From NCBI GenBank assembly GCA_042219045.1, contig JBDGQO010000003.1:78293-142292 (forward strand): a DNA stretch of 64,000 nt, read 5' to 3'. Below are positions 50,578 through 60,900 of this stretch, piece after piece. Both the position numbers and the translations under genes were made by a program. The notes below the pieces were generated by a model. It did no database searches. It was not told the DNA's origin and saw only the letters and a list, made by a program, of their open reading frames with translations. This stretch comes from Candidatus Bipolaricaulia bacterium (GTDB lineage: Bacteria > Bipolaricaulota > Bipolaricaulia > RBG-16-55-9). Each line of letters begins with the position of its first letter. The first letter of the stretch is position 1.

Positions 50578-52274
50578 GACGCGCCATCCGCCTCGCCGCG
50601 CGGTTCCACCGTCAGCGTGCCCCGCTCCTCGTTGACGACGACGAGACCGGGCCGGGCTCCCTTCGGCTTCTTCAGATGTTTGATCAACGTGTAGGTGACC
50701 TCCACTTTGCCTGCGTCCCGTCCTTTTGAGTGATAAGCAGCTAGCTCCGCAGCCCGTTGCAAGACCTCGTCGGGCACGTCGCCCTTGCTGTCGCTTTTGA
50801 TCACGACGTGCGATCCGGGCCGATCTTTCGCGTGGAGCCAAAGATCGTCCGGATGGGCATCGCGGATCAGTTGGTCGTTCTGCCGCCCGTTCCGTCCAAC
50901 ATAGATCTGATGGCCCTCCATGGCAACCCGGCGCGGGCCCGACGGCGCCGACTGGCGCTTGGGCGAACGCGTGGGCTGCTGGATGGCGCCTGCCTCAACC
51001 AGTTCCGCTTCCAGCGCATCCAGATCGGCCAAGGTCTCGGCTTCGTCGAGATGAACTTGGAGCCCGCGCAGATACGATCGCTCCCATCGGAGCTGGCGCT
51101 GGCGCGCCTGGAGCTTCTCCACGCCGCGCTTGCGCTTCTTGTAGCGCTGGTAATACGACTGGGCGTTCTCCACGGGCTCCAACGTCGGATCAAGGGAAAC
51201 CTCGCGAACTTGCCCCTCAAAGTCCGTGAGCTCCACGCTCGATTCGCCACGGGGGACCGACGCCAAGTAGGCCATCAACAGATCGCCGATCGTCTTGTCG
51301 GCCTCGTAGCGCTCGGCCTTCTGCAGATCCTCGGTTACGTTCGCCAACGATTTTTCAACATGATTGATTTCATCGGTCAACGCCCGTTGGAGCTCACGCC
51401 AGCGGCGCTCGACGGGCGTCTCGCGTCGGGTCCGATAACAGGCGTCAATGGCTTCGGACATCGTCGCCACGGGGTTCGCCTCGTGGTCGGACAGGCTGGC
51501 GTAGGGCCATGGCGTGGCCTCCTGGGCCGTCCCGTCCGCGTCGACGTAGACATGCGGCGCCAGGTCCCCTTGTTCCAGTCGCCCGAAGCGATCGCGCGTT
51601 ACGCCCCAGAGCCGCTCGATCTCCTCGTCGGACAACGAGCCCAGCTCCGCGCTAGGATCCACGTCGGCCGAGACGGCCAACTCGCCCGCCGTGAGCGGGC
51701 CAATGCCATCAAGCGCCTTGAATAACGCCCGCTTCGTCGGCTCTCCGCTGTTGGCGGAAAGGGCCTCGCCAAACGCCGTCTGAGAGATGCCACGTGGATC
51801 GAGCTTGCCTTGACCCTCAGGGGGCACGTAGGCGCTGTGGGGCTCAAACGAGCGATGGCCGGACGAGGCGTTCTGGGCGCCGAGCACCTCGTCGCCGTCC
51901 AATAGCAGGACGTTGCCGTTCGGGCGCATCAGTTCCGCGCGCAGCGTTGTCCGTTCCTCTCCCCGAGCGACGACGATGTCGACGATCCGTTCCAAGCCTG
52001 GCTGTTGGATCTCGTGGACGAAGCCGTTGCGCAGATGTTTGCGCAGCAGCATGCAAAACGCAGGTGGCTCGGGCGGATTGGGGAAGGATTGCTCGGTGAA
52101 GTGGATCCGCGCTTCGGGACCGGCCGCAATCAGCAGTTGGCGTTTCTGGCCCGTGTAGAGCTCGAGCAGCACCGCCTCGTCCAGCGGCTGATAGACGTTC
52201 TGGACGCGGCCACCACGGGCCTCTTCGGCGATCTCGGCAACGATGGCAGCCAACGTGATTCCCTCGAAGCGCAT
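50574..52274 (-). CDS. rqcH: Rqc2/RqcH (NFACT, FbpA-like) ribosome quality-control protein
   Basis: FCMLLRKHL, QPGLERIV, ENAQSYY, VGRNGRQND, WLHAKDRPGSHV, AAELAAYHS, KKPKGARPG. Confidence 0.9.
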   Translation of the reverse strand: MRFEGITLAAIVAEIAEEARGGRVQNVYQPLDEAVLLELYTGQKRQLLIAAGPEARIHFTEQSFPNPPEPPAFCMLLRKHLRNGFVHEIQQPGLERIVDIVVARGEERTTLRAELMRPNGNVLLLDGDEVLGAQNASSGHRSFEPHSAYVPPEGQGKLDPRGISQTAFGEALSANSGEPTKRALFKALDGIGPLTAGELAVSADVDPSAELGSLSDEEIERLWGVTRDRFGRLEQGDLAPHVYVDADGTAQEATPWPYASLSDHEANPVATMSEAIDACYRTRRETPVERRWRELQRALTDEINHVEKSLANVTEDLQKAERYEADKTIGDLLMAYLASVPRGESSVELTDFEGQVREVSLDPTLEPVENAQSYYQRYKKRKRGVEKLQARQRQLRWERSYLRGLQVHLDEAETLADLDALEAELVEAGAIQQPTRSPKRQSAPSGPRRVAMEGHQIYVGRNGRQNDQLIRDAHPDDLWLHAKDRPGSHVVIKSDSKGDVPDEVLQRAAELAAYHSKGRDAGKVEVTYTLIKHLKKPKGARPGLVVVNEERGTLTVEPRGEADGAS

Positions 52275-52380
52275 GGTCGATTGTACCAGCCGAATCTTGG
52301 GCCTCGCATCCGGATCCGTGAAACGCATTGCGGCCCCGTGGGTAGATGGGCCAGCGGATGACCAAGGAGGCTTGATTCCC

Positions 52381-53223
52381 ATGAGGCGAACGGGACGATG
52401 GAAGCTGATGGCGGCGGTGGCCGTCTTGATCGGCGGACTGACAATTGGTGCGGTGCAGTCGCCCTTTTCCTCGGAGTCGGCAAACGCCAACGCCGAGGAT
52501 CAGGCCTGCCTCGACCCCGTCAAGATCTTCAAGTTCGTGCCGACTAAGGCGGAGCGCGCGAACGTGAGCGCGCTCATGACTCGCCTCTCTGCGGATATCC
52601 CGCCCGAGCGCATGCGGTACGCGCCGGAGCCGACCGAGATCCTGCGGCACTCGGACGGCCGCCTTGAGCTGCGCTACGAGGAGATGACGATGCGGCACGC
52701 GGACGCGCTGGAGATTTCCATCTGTGGCGCCAGTCCTTCGCACGAGATCAAGGAAGCGACATGGATCGTGCGCGAGCGAGGCAAGCGGAGGGCACAGATG
52801 GTCGACGAGGAACGGATCTCGTGGAGCTGGCGTGAGAACGGCGAGCAGACCGTGCCCGACACGGAACGAGAGAGCAAGGCGCTGTCCTGCCCAGGCGAGC
52901 CACTCGTGCATCGGAACCAGGAAGTGGCCCGGAACGAGCCGCTGTGCGTCAAGGACCCCGACAAGCTATCGACCATCCAGGCCAAAATCGACCAGATCCA
53001 AGCGGAATCGACGTCTTGGAAGGGAGCGGCCAAGAAGCTGATCATGGGCGAGGACGTCTACCGAAAGCGTCTGGAAACACTGAACAAGCGGATGGATAAG
53101 CTCTATGTGTACTCGCCCTACGACGGCACCGTAACGAACATCCGCCGCGACGACATGAACGACCTCGTCTGGATCGAAATGGCCGTGGAATCCCGCAGCG
53201 GGGAGGCACTCGCCGAGTCGTAA
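52381..53223 (+). CDS. Hypothetical exported protein with a C-terminal lipoyl-like/alpha-hairpin region
   Basis: AAGGAGG RBS, signal peptide; VHRNQEVARNEPL...helical hairpin...VYSPYDGTV resembles the barrel-sandwich halves of membrane fusion proteins. Confidence 0.65.
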   Translation: MRRTGRWKLMAAVAVLIGGLTIGAVQSPFSSESANANAEDQACLDPVKIFKFVPTKAERANVSALMTRLSADIPPERMRYAPEPTEILRHSDGRLELRYEEMTMRHADALEISICGASPSHEIKEATWIVRERGKRRAQMVDEERISWSWRENGEQTVPDTERESKALSCPGEPLVHRNQEVARNEPLCVKDPDKLSTIQAKIDQIQAESTSWKGAAKKLIMGEDVYRKRLETLNKRMDKLYVYSPYDGTVTNIRRDDMNDLVWIEMAVESRSGEALAES

Positions 53224-53260
53224 GCGGATTGACCCGATCCCCCGTTCGGCTTCCTTCTTG

Positions 53261-53305
53261 GAGGGACAGGTGGCCCGGCTGTCGGGCTGCCTGTCCTTTC
53301 GTATT
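53261..53305 (+). terminator. Intrinsic terminator-like hairpin
   Basis: GAGGGACAGGTGGCCCGG-CTG-TCGGGCTGCCTGTCCTTT (about 18 bp including G-U pairs) followed by CGTATT. Confidence 0.65.
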
Positions 53306-53428
53306 CGGGGGCTGCTGAGGGACGGCACGACGTGGAGCGGGCGTCACTCGGAGGCTCACGGATCGGACGCTCGGGTTGACCCCCGACGGTCGGCACAAGC
53401 TATAATGCGGCGTGTTGAGGAGGGTCGC

Positions 53429-54106
53429 ATGGAACTGTATCGCGCCGATCTCGCCGCCATGATCGACCATACCGCCCTGGGACCGGAGGTGAGTCGCGAT
53501 CGGGTGGTGGCGCTTTGCGACGAGGCCAAGATTCACAGCTTCGGCGCCGTCTGTATCAACCCGTGGCTCGTCCCCCTTGCGAATCGATGCCTGAAGGATT
53601 CCGGCATCGCCATCGCAACGGTCATCGGGTTTCCCCATGGCGCCAACGCCACCGAGATCAAAGCCGAGGAAGCGGAGCGGGCGCTGTCCGATGGCGCCAC
53701 GGAGCTGGACATGGTGCTCAACGTCGCGGCACTTCAGGCGGGCGACTACCGCTACGTCGCCGATGAGATCCGTGCCGTCCACGAGGTGCGCAGCAAGAGC
53801 CCGAAGGATACGCGGATCAAGGTTATTCTGGAGACCGCGCTGTTGGGCGACGCGGACAAACGCGCCGCCTGCATCGTCGCCAAGTCGGCTGGCGCCGACT
53901 TCGTCAAGACCTCCACGGGGTTCGGGCCCGGCGGTGCCACATCGGAGGACGTGGCCCTGATGCGCGAGGCGATCGGCGAGGAAATGGGCATCAAAGCCGC
54001 CGGCGGCATCAAGACGTTCGACGATGCCCGCGCGATGGTCGAGGCCGGCGCGACCCGGCTCGGGGCCAGCGCGGGTGCGGATATTCTAGAAGGAGCGCCG
54101 ACTTGA
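53429..54106 (+). CDS. deoC: Deoxyribose-phosphate aldolase
   Basis: IDHTAL, VIGFPHG, ELDMV, KVILET, FVKTSTGF, KAAGGI, RLGAS; TATAAT and GAGGAGG upstream. Confidence 0.97.
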   Translation: MELYRADLAAMIDHTALGPEVSRDRVVALCDEAKIHSFGAVCINPWLVPLANRCLKDSGIAIATVIGFPHGANATEIKAEEAERALSDGATELDMVLNVAALQAGDYRYVADEIRAVHEVRSKSPKDTRIKVILETALLGDADKRAACIVAKSAGADFVKTSTGFGPGGATSEDVALMREAIGEEMGIKAAGGIKTFDDARAMVEAGATRLGASAGADILEGAPT

Positions 54107-54759
54107 CCGAACTGTCGTCAAGCGCGATCGAGCAACTGACCATCGTGGATCACCCGATCCTCAAGCGGGACCTGACGACGCTGCGCCGCAAGGAGACGCC
54201 CTATTACACCTTCCGCCGGGTCCTCAAGGACACGACCGCCATCCTGGCCTATGAGGCCATGCGCGACCTGCCCGTCCAGGAGGTCCCCATCGAGACCCCC
54301 CTGGAGCCGACGACGGGATACCGGCTCGTCGACGAGATCGTCGTCGTCCCCATCCTGCGGGCGGGGCTCGGGATGGTCGACGGCTTCACGCGCTACGTGC
54401 CGGAGGCCCGCGTCGGCCACGTCGGGCTCTATCGCGACGAGATGTCGTTCTCACCCGTCGACTATTACTCCAACCTTCCGCAGGAGCTGAAGGATGCGCG
54501 CGTCTTCGTCGTCGACCCGATGCTGGCGACGGGCCACAGCGCCGCCCACGCGATCGACCACCTCAAGGAGATCGGCGCGCAACGCATCCGCTTCGTCTGC
54601 TTCATCGCCACGCCCGAAGGGGTCCAGGTTCTGACCGAGCACCACCCGGAGACGTCGATCGTCACCGCCGCGTTGGACAACGAGCTCGACGAGAACGCCT
54701 TCATCCGGCCCGGCCTCGGCGACGCCGGGGATCGCATCTTCGGCACCGATCCGATGTAG
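54103..54759 (+). CDS. upp: Uracil phosphoribosyltransferase
   Basis: VPILRAGLGM, GLYRDE, DPMLATG, PGLGDAGDRIFGT; TTG start with AAGGAG RBS. Confidence 0.97.
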   Translation: MTELSSSAIEQLTIVDHPILKRDLTTLRRKETPYYTFRRVLKDTTAILAYEAMRDLPVQEVPIETPLEPTTGYRLVDEIVVVPILRAGLGMVDGFTRYVPEARVGHVGLYRDEMSFSPVDYYSNLPQELKDARVFVVDPMLATGHSAAHAIDHLKEIGAQRIRFVCFIATPEGVQVLTEHHPETSIVTAALDNELDENAFIRPGLGDAGDRIFGTDPM

Positions 54760-54967
54760 AGCCCGTCCACAGCGAGTGACCAGCTTCCATGCCCAACAAC
54801 TTTGATCATTTACAGTTGATCTCGGTTGACGTCCCGTGATGACAGCCTGCCACATCGGGGTCGCACGCAAGCCGCCCCACGCTCGCCGCATTGCCTCGTC
54901 TGCGCTGTCTGTTTCGCGCGAGGGGACCATCCAATCGGATGTGCCCGGACTGTTTCGATTGATGTCG

Positions 54968-55438
54968 CTAGGCTCGATGCCGGTTGAGCTCGTAGACGGC
55001 GATGCCGTACGCGACGGCCACGTTGAGGGATTCTTTTCGCCCATACATGGGCAAATGGACAGTCTGGTCGGCGCGCTTGAGCATCCGCCGCGAGAGCCCG
55101 CGCACCTCGTTGCCCAACATTAGCGCCATGGGGAACGTCGGGCGGAACGCCTCGATGGGCTCGCTCGGGCGAGCGACGTTGTTCTCCAACGCGACGATGG
55201 TTACCCCTTCGGCCTGCAGGCGTTCGATAAAGCGCCACGTGTGACGGTGCCCTTCCCAGGGGATCCACTCATCAGCCCCGAGGGCGGTTTTGGTGATGCG
55301 ATCCCGCGGCGGATGGCCCGTGTAGCCCCCGAGGAACACTTTCCGAACCTCGGCCGCATCGGACGTCCGGAAGATGGAACCGACATTCCAGAGGCTGCGG
55401 ATGTTGTGACAGATGACGTACAAGGGCTCGTCGAACAT
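54968..55438 (-). CDS. SpoU/TrmH family RNA methyltransferase
   Basis: NVGSIFRT, KTALGA, LGNEVRG, LPMYGRKESLNVAVA. Confidence 0.92.
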   Translation of the reverse strand: MFDEPLYVICHNIRSLWNVGSIFRTSDAAEVRKVFLGGYTGHPPRDRITKTALGADEWIPWEGHRHTWRFIERLQAEGVTIVALENNVARPSEPIEAFRPTFPMALMLGNEVRGLSRRMLKRADQTVHLPMYGRKESLNVAVAYGIAVYELNRHRA

Positions 55439-55522
55439 GGCTCTCCATCGTAGCGCATGACGCGCGAGGTCCGCAGTTTTGCAGTCGGCAACGCCCGGCT
55501 CCTATACTGAGCCGCACAAATC

Positions 55523-57004
55523 ATGATCCACCTCGACGGCACGTCCCTCACGATCGAGCAGGCCGTCCGTGTGACCGGCCAAGCCGAACCGACCGCTCCC
55601 ACCGAGGACGCACGCGAGCGGGTCGAGCGCTGCGCGGCGTTTGTGGAGCGGATCGTCCGTGAGGGGCGCCGCGTCTATGGGATCAACACGGGGCTCGGCC
55701 GGCTGAGCACCGAGGCCATCCCCCGCGATCAACTCCCCCAGCTCCAACACAACCTGCTGCACAGCCATGCCTGCGGCGTCGGAGAGGAGCTGTCTGCGGA
55801 CGTCGCCCGCGCCGCGTTGCTGTTCCGGCTCAATACTCTGCTGAAGGGACATTCCGGCGTTCGCCCAATTGTCGTGGATCGGTTGACGACGCTGTTGAAC
55901 GAGGGCGTCGCGCCCGTCATTCCGCGCCAGGGATCGCTGGGCTCCAGCGGCGACCTCGCGCCCTTGGCGCATGTGGCGCTTCTGCTGATCGGCGAAGGCG
56001 AGGCCGTTGTCCGTGATCGACGCCATCATGGCGCCGAGCTGCTCCATGAGTTGAACCTTGAGCCGTTGTCACTGGCGCCGAAGGAGGGGCTCGCGCTCAT
56101 CAACGGCACGCAAGTCTCGCTGGCCATGGCGTTCACCGCCTACCGGATCGGCCAGCGGCTGTGGGACCACGCGCTCTTGATCGCCGGGATGGCGCTGGAA
56201 GCGGCCGGGGCCCGTTCCGATCCCTTGGATCCACGGCTCCACGCGCACCACGAGGGCCAGCGCCTCGTCGCCGAGCGCCTCCGCGAGATCACCTCGGGCA
56301 GTCGGCTGCTCGACGCCTCGGCGGACGTGCAGGATCCCTATTCGCTGCGCTGTCTGCCGCAAATCCTGGGAGCGTGCGGGGAGTCGCTCCGCCACGTCAA
56401 GGCCGCCCTGGAGCGCGAGATGAACGCCGTCACCGACAACCCGCTGCTCTTTCCCGAAACCGACGAGATTTGCTCGGGCGGGAATTTTCACGGGGCATCG
56501 CTGGCGCTGGCGTCGGAGTCGCTCGGGGTGGCGCTCGCCGAGCTGGGCAACGCCGCGGAGCGTCGCACGAACCTCGTGCTCAACCACGCGGATTTTCCGC
56601 CGTTCTTGGCGCAACAGCCGGGGCTGGAGTCGGGGCTGATGATCGCCCAATACACGTCCGCATCCCTGGTGGCGGAAAACAAGGTGCTGGTGCACCCGGC
56701 GGCCGTCGACTCGATCCCGACCTCGGGCGGCAAGGAGGACCACAACAGCCTCGCCAGCGTCGCCGCCTGGAAAGCCCACCAAATGGCCCAGAACGCGGAA
56801 TGGATGGCCGCGATCGAGCTGTTGACCGTCGTGGGGGCCCTCGACAACCGCGATCGGGGGGCCATGTCCCGTCACGTCGGCCGCCTGTACGATCGCGTCC
56901 GCGAGCGGATCGCGCCGTCCGCGGACGATCGGCCCCTCCACGAGGCCATTCGGACGGGCCGAGCCATGATTCGCGAGGGAGCGCTCCTGCATGGACACGC
57001 TTAA
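55523..57004 (+). CDS. hutH: Histidine ammonia-lyase
   Basis: YGINTG, NLLHSHACG (SH specificity pair), GSSGDLAPL MIO motif, KEGLALINGT, QDPYSLRC, GGNFHG, EDH; TTGCAG-N18-TATACT promoter upstream. Confidence 0.88.
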   Translation: MIHLDGTSLTIEQAVRVTGQAEPTAPTEDARERVERCAAFVERIVREGRRVYGINTGLGRLSTEAIPRDQLPQLQHNLLHSHACGVGEELSADVARAALLFRLNTLLKGHSGVRPIVVDRLTTLLNEGVAPVIPRQGSLGSSGDLAPLAHVALLLIGEGEAVVRDRRHHGAELLHELNLEPLSLAPKEGLALINGTQVSLAMAFTAYRIGQRLWDHALLIAGMALEAAGARSDPLDPRLHAHHEGQRLVAERLREITSGSRLLDASADVQDPYSLRCLPQILGACGESLRHVKAALEREMNAVTDNPLLFPETDEICSGGNFHGASLALASESLGVALAELGNAAERRTNLVLNHADFPPFLAQQPGLESGLMIAQYTSASLVAENKVLVHPAAVDSIPTSGGKEDHNSLASVAAWKAHQMAQNAEWMAAIELLTVVGALDNRDRGAMSRHVGRLYDRVRERIAPSADDRPLHEAIRTGRAMIREGALLHGHA

Positions 57005-57890
57005 GTCCGGATTCGTCGGCGTCCTTGGGCGCACCAACGTGGGCAAGTCGAGCTTCATCAACGCGATGTTGGGCAAGAAACGCCTCATCGTCTCGGACAA
57101 GCATCAGTCGACGCGCAATCGCATCCGCTGCATCTACGACGAAGCCGACGCCCAGGTCGTCTTCATCGACACCCCGGGACTGCACAAGCCCGTGGACAAG
57201 CTGAGCAACTACCTCCTCAAGCAGGCGTTCGGCGCCATGGCCGATCTCGACCTGGTGCTCTACGTGGTCGAGCCCTGGGTCGAGATCCCCGACTACGACC
57301 GCGAGATGATCCAGCGGATGCGCAAGCTCGACGCCCCGGAGTTTTTGCTGATCAACAAGAGCGACACGGCCAAGGGCAACGCCGTGGCGCAGACCATTGA
57401 ACAATACGGCGACTTGGATCTGTTCAGCGAGATCGTGCCCATCTCATGCGCCGACGGCACCAACCTGACCCGCACCGTCGAACTGACCAAGGCCTACTTG
57501 CCCGAAGGCCCCCGCTATTTCCCCGAAGGGACCGACACGGACCGAGACGAATCCTTCGTGATCGCCGAGTTCGTCCGCGAGGCGATCTATCGCCACACGC
57601 GTCAGGAAGTGCCCTATTCCACGTACGTCGATATCGTCGCGATGAGCGAGCGCGAGGACGAGTCGATGCTGGAGATCTACGCCACGATCTTCGTGGCCCG
57701 GCGCTCGCAGAAGGGCATCCTGATCGGCGATCGCGGCGCCATGATCAAGCGGATCGGACAAGAGGCCCGCCAATTGATCGAAACGCTGATCGGCACGCAC
57801 GTGTATCTGGACCTGCGCGTCAAGGTTGCGGACAAGTGGAACAAGGACGAAGCCCACATTGCTCGGTCGCTCGACGCGTCCCCATCTTGA
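56991..57890 (+). CDS. era: GTPase Era
   Basis: GRTNVGKS, STRN, DTPG, NKSD, QEVPYS, SQKGILIG KH domain. Confidence 0.96.
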   Translation: MDTLKSGFVGVLGRTNVGKSSFINAMLGKKRLIVSDKHQSTRNRIRCIYDEADAQVVFIDTPGLHKPVDKLSNYLLKQAFGAMADLDLVLYVVEPWVEIPDYDREMIQRMRKLDAPEFLLINKSDTAKGNAVAQTIEQYGDLDLFSEIVPISCADGTNLTRTVELTKAYLPEGPRYFPEGTDTDRDESFVIAEFVREAIYRHTRQEVPYSTYVDIVAMSEREDESMLEIYATIFVARRSQKGILIGDRGAMIKRIGQEARQLIETLIGTHVYLDLRVKVADKWNKDEAHIARSLDASPS

Positions 57891-57950
57891 CATGACAAGG
57901 CAATTGCGTTCATGGTAAGCAGGCCAAGCCGAAGGCAGGGTGGCGGGCGA

Positions 57951-60900
57951 ATGGAAGCGACAATGGATGATCTCAAGCCCCTGTTGCAACCGATCGTCGA
58001 CCAAGCGGCGCGGCTGCTCGATATCACGGATGCCGGGCTTTACGTCTACGACGCCGAGCGGCACGCGCTGCAATTGGTCGTTGACCACTCCGACGTATAC
58101 CGCGACGACATTACCGGCTTGGAGCTGGCGGTCGGCGAAGGGCTCGCGGGTCAAGCTGTCGAGTCTGGAAAGACGGCAGCCACGCCGGACTATCAGTCGA
58201 TTGAGCGCCGGCCGGAGATCTATCGAGACATGCCCTGGCAGTCTGCCATGAGCGTTCCGCTGACCGCCGACGGCGAGATGCTCGGCGCCCTGAGCGTGGC
58301 GGATCCCTCTGGGAACCGGATGTTCACCGAGCGGGACGAGGAGCTCGTCCAGGTCTTTGCCGAACAGGCGGCGTTGACGCTGTCGCACGCCCAGAAGCTG
58401 ACGCAGGAGCAGCGCTGGAGTCGGGCTCTCCATCGGCTGAACGAGCTCAGTCAGCAGTGGCTCCAGTCTCACACGGATCGGGATGCGCTTTTGGAGAACG
58501 TATTGGACGCGGGAGTGGAACTGCTCGCCTGCTACGGCGGAGGGCTGTATCTCTACGACGCCGAGCGAGGGGAGTTGGAGCTGACGGTTCTCCGACAGCA
58601 CCGCGCCGAGACCTCGCGACAGGGGCTGCGAATCCAGCTTGGTGAGGGCGTGGCCGGACGGGCCGCCGAGACGGGCCAACCCGAAGCCGTGTCGGATTAC
58701 GAACGGTGGCATCGAAGGTCGTCGCAATGGGTCGGCTACGAGATCCGGTCGGTGATCGGCGTGCCCCTGTACGCCGGGGATCGGTTGATCGGCGCGATGA
58801 GCATCTACGATCGGGAGCCGCACGATTTCGACGCGGACGACGTCAAGATCGCCGAAGTCCTGGGCGAGCAGGCTGCCATCGCCATCCAGCGAGCCAGCAT
58901 GGCCGACTTGAACCGTCGGCTCCAGGAGATCGCCGCACAGATGCTGCGGACGACGGAACAATCGGGGCTCGACGACGTCCTGGAGAGCGTGACGCAGGCT
59001 CTGGTCGACTACTCGCCCTTCCGCGTGGCCGCGACCTCCGTCTTCGCCCAGACGACGCCGCTCGATCATCCCGAACCTCCGGACGTCTGGAACGTCCATG
59101 TCGTCGGCCTGTCCCCGGATCAAGAAGCCGAATTGCGTCGCCATACCGAACGGGGCGAAGTCATCGCCAACCGCCAGATCCTCGAACGGGGACAAGTCGT
59201 GGGCCAGGGCTATTACGTGTCGCCACAGGCCCTGCCCGAAGCGGCCTCGGCCGGGGTGCCTGTCGGCGATGCGCCCGATGCGGACGCAGCCGGATCGACG
59301 TGGGGCCCGTACGACACGTTCGTCTATTTCGTCATGCTGGGTGGGCGAGCCATTGGCCGCATCACGCTGAGCGATCCCGTCCACGGCCTCATTCCGTCCC
59401 GTGCCGAACTGGAGCCGGTGGAGAGCTTCGTCAAGACGGCCGCGGTCGCCGTGCAGCAGGCCCGCTATCAAACCCGCCTCCGGGTGCTGTATCGCATCAC
59501 GCGAGAGCTGGGGGCCAAGGCCTCAACCGCCGGGCTCTACGACGACTTGCTCGGGCTGACCCAAGAGCTCATTCGCTACGACTACGCGGCCATCTTGCGA
59601 CTTGAGCCGGAGGGGTTGGCGTTGAAGGCCCAGGCCGGACACGTGTCATGTCCGTATTCGGTCGGCACGAGCATTCCGATCCAGGAGGGCGTCACGGGTT
59701 GGGTGGCTCGGCACGGCAGCTCACAACTCCTGGCGGATGTCAACGAGGACGATCGTTTCATCCAAGGGTCTGTCCAGATGGGGTCGGAACTGGCTGTGCC
59801 CATCCAGACGGGCGATGTCATCCTCGGCGTGCTCAACCTCGAGAGTCGGCGAACTCAGGCATTTGACGAGGAGGATCGCGAGCTATTGGAGACCCTGGCC
59901 GATCAATTGGCCGTGGCGATCAGCAACCTGGAGCGTCGCGAACGACTGCAGGCGTTTCAAACCCGGCTGCACAGCATCTATGGCCTCACAGAACGCCTCT
60001 CGCGGATTGAGGATCTCGACGATCTCTATGCGCAAGCCGTGGGCCTCATCCACGACAACTTTCGCTACGACTATGTCGTGCTGTTGACGCTGGAGGGCGA
60101 CCGGCTTGTGCCCCGCGGCCTCCGCTCCAAGCTCCCCGAAGCCGAGCTGATCGACGAGAACTTCCGCCAGCTCGCCCCGGATCGGGGCCTCACGGGTTGG
60201 GCCGCTCGCCATCGTCAAGCCGTGCTGGTCAACGACATCGCTCATTCCGAGCACTATATCCCCGGACATCCGGACATCCAGGCCGAGCTGGCCGTGCCGA
60301 TCGTGGAGTCGGGTCAGGTTCTTGGCGTGCTCAACATCGAAAGCACGCAAACAGACGCGTTTTCCCGGGACGATCGACAGCTCTTGGAGGCGCTGGCGCG
60401 CCAGCTCGGCGTCGCCATGCGCAGCCTCCAACGCCGCACCCGCGTGGAGGAGCTCAACGACTTCCTGCGCGAGTTGAACGAGATCGAAGGCGTCAACGCG
60501 CTCCTGGAACGCGTGCTGAAGCGCGTCATCTCGCTCTTGCAGCCGAAGGCCGAGGGCGGCAGCGTCATGTTCTACGACGAAAGCAGCGACCAGTTCGTCT
60601 TCCGCGCCATGGTTGGCCGGGACATCGAGCAGCTCCGCGACATCACCTTCCGACCGAGCGAATTGGATGCGCTGCTCAACGCCGATGGTCCCACGTTCCT
60701 GACGGCGTCGGATCAACGGACGCATCCGGCGACCGAGCAGTTCCGGGCCGAAGGGGCCACGCTCCCAGCGTCGACGCTCTCGCTGCCGATTCGGGAGCGC
60801 GAATCGGGGCAGGCCATCGCCATTTTGCACGTCAACAACTTCCACGAGGAAGGGATTTTCGACGATTCGGACGCCGACGTGCTGCTCCAGCTGTCCGAGG

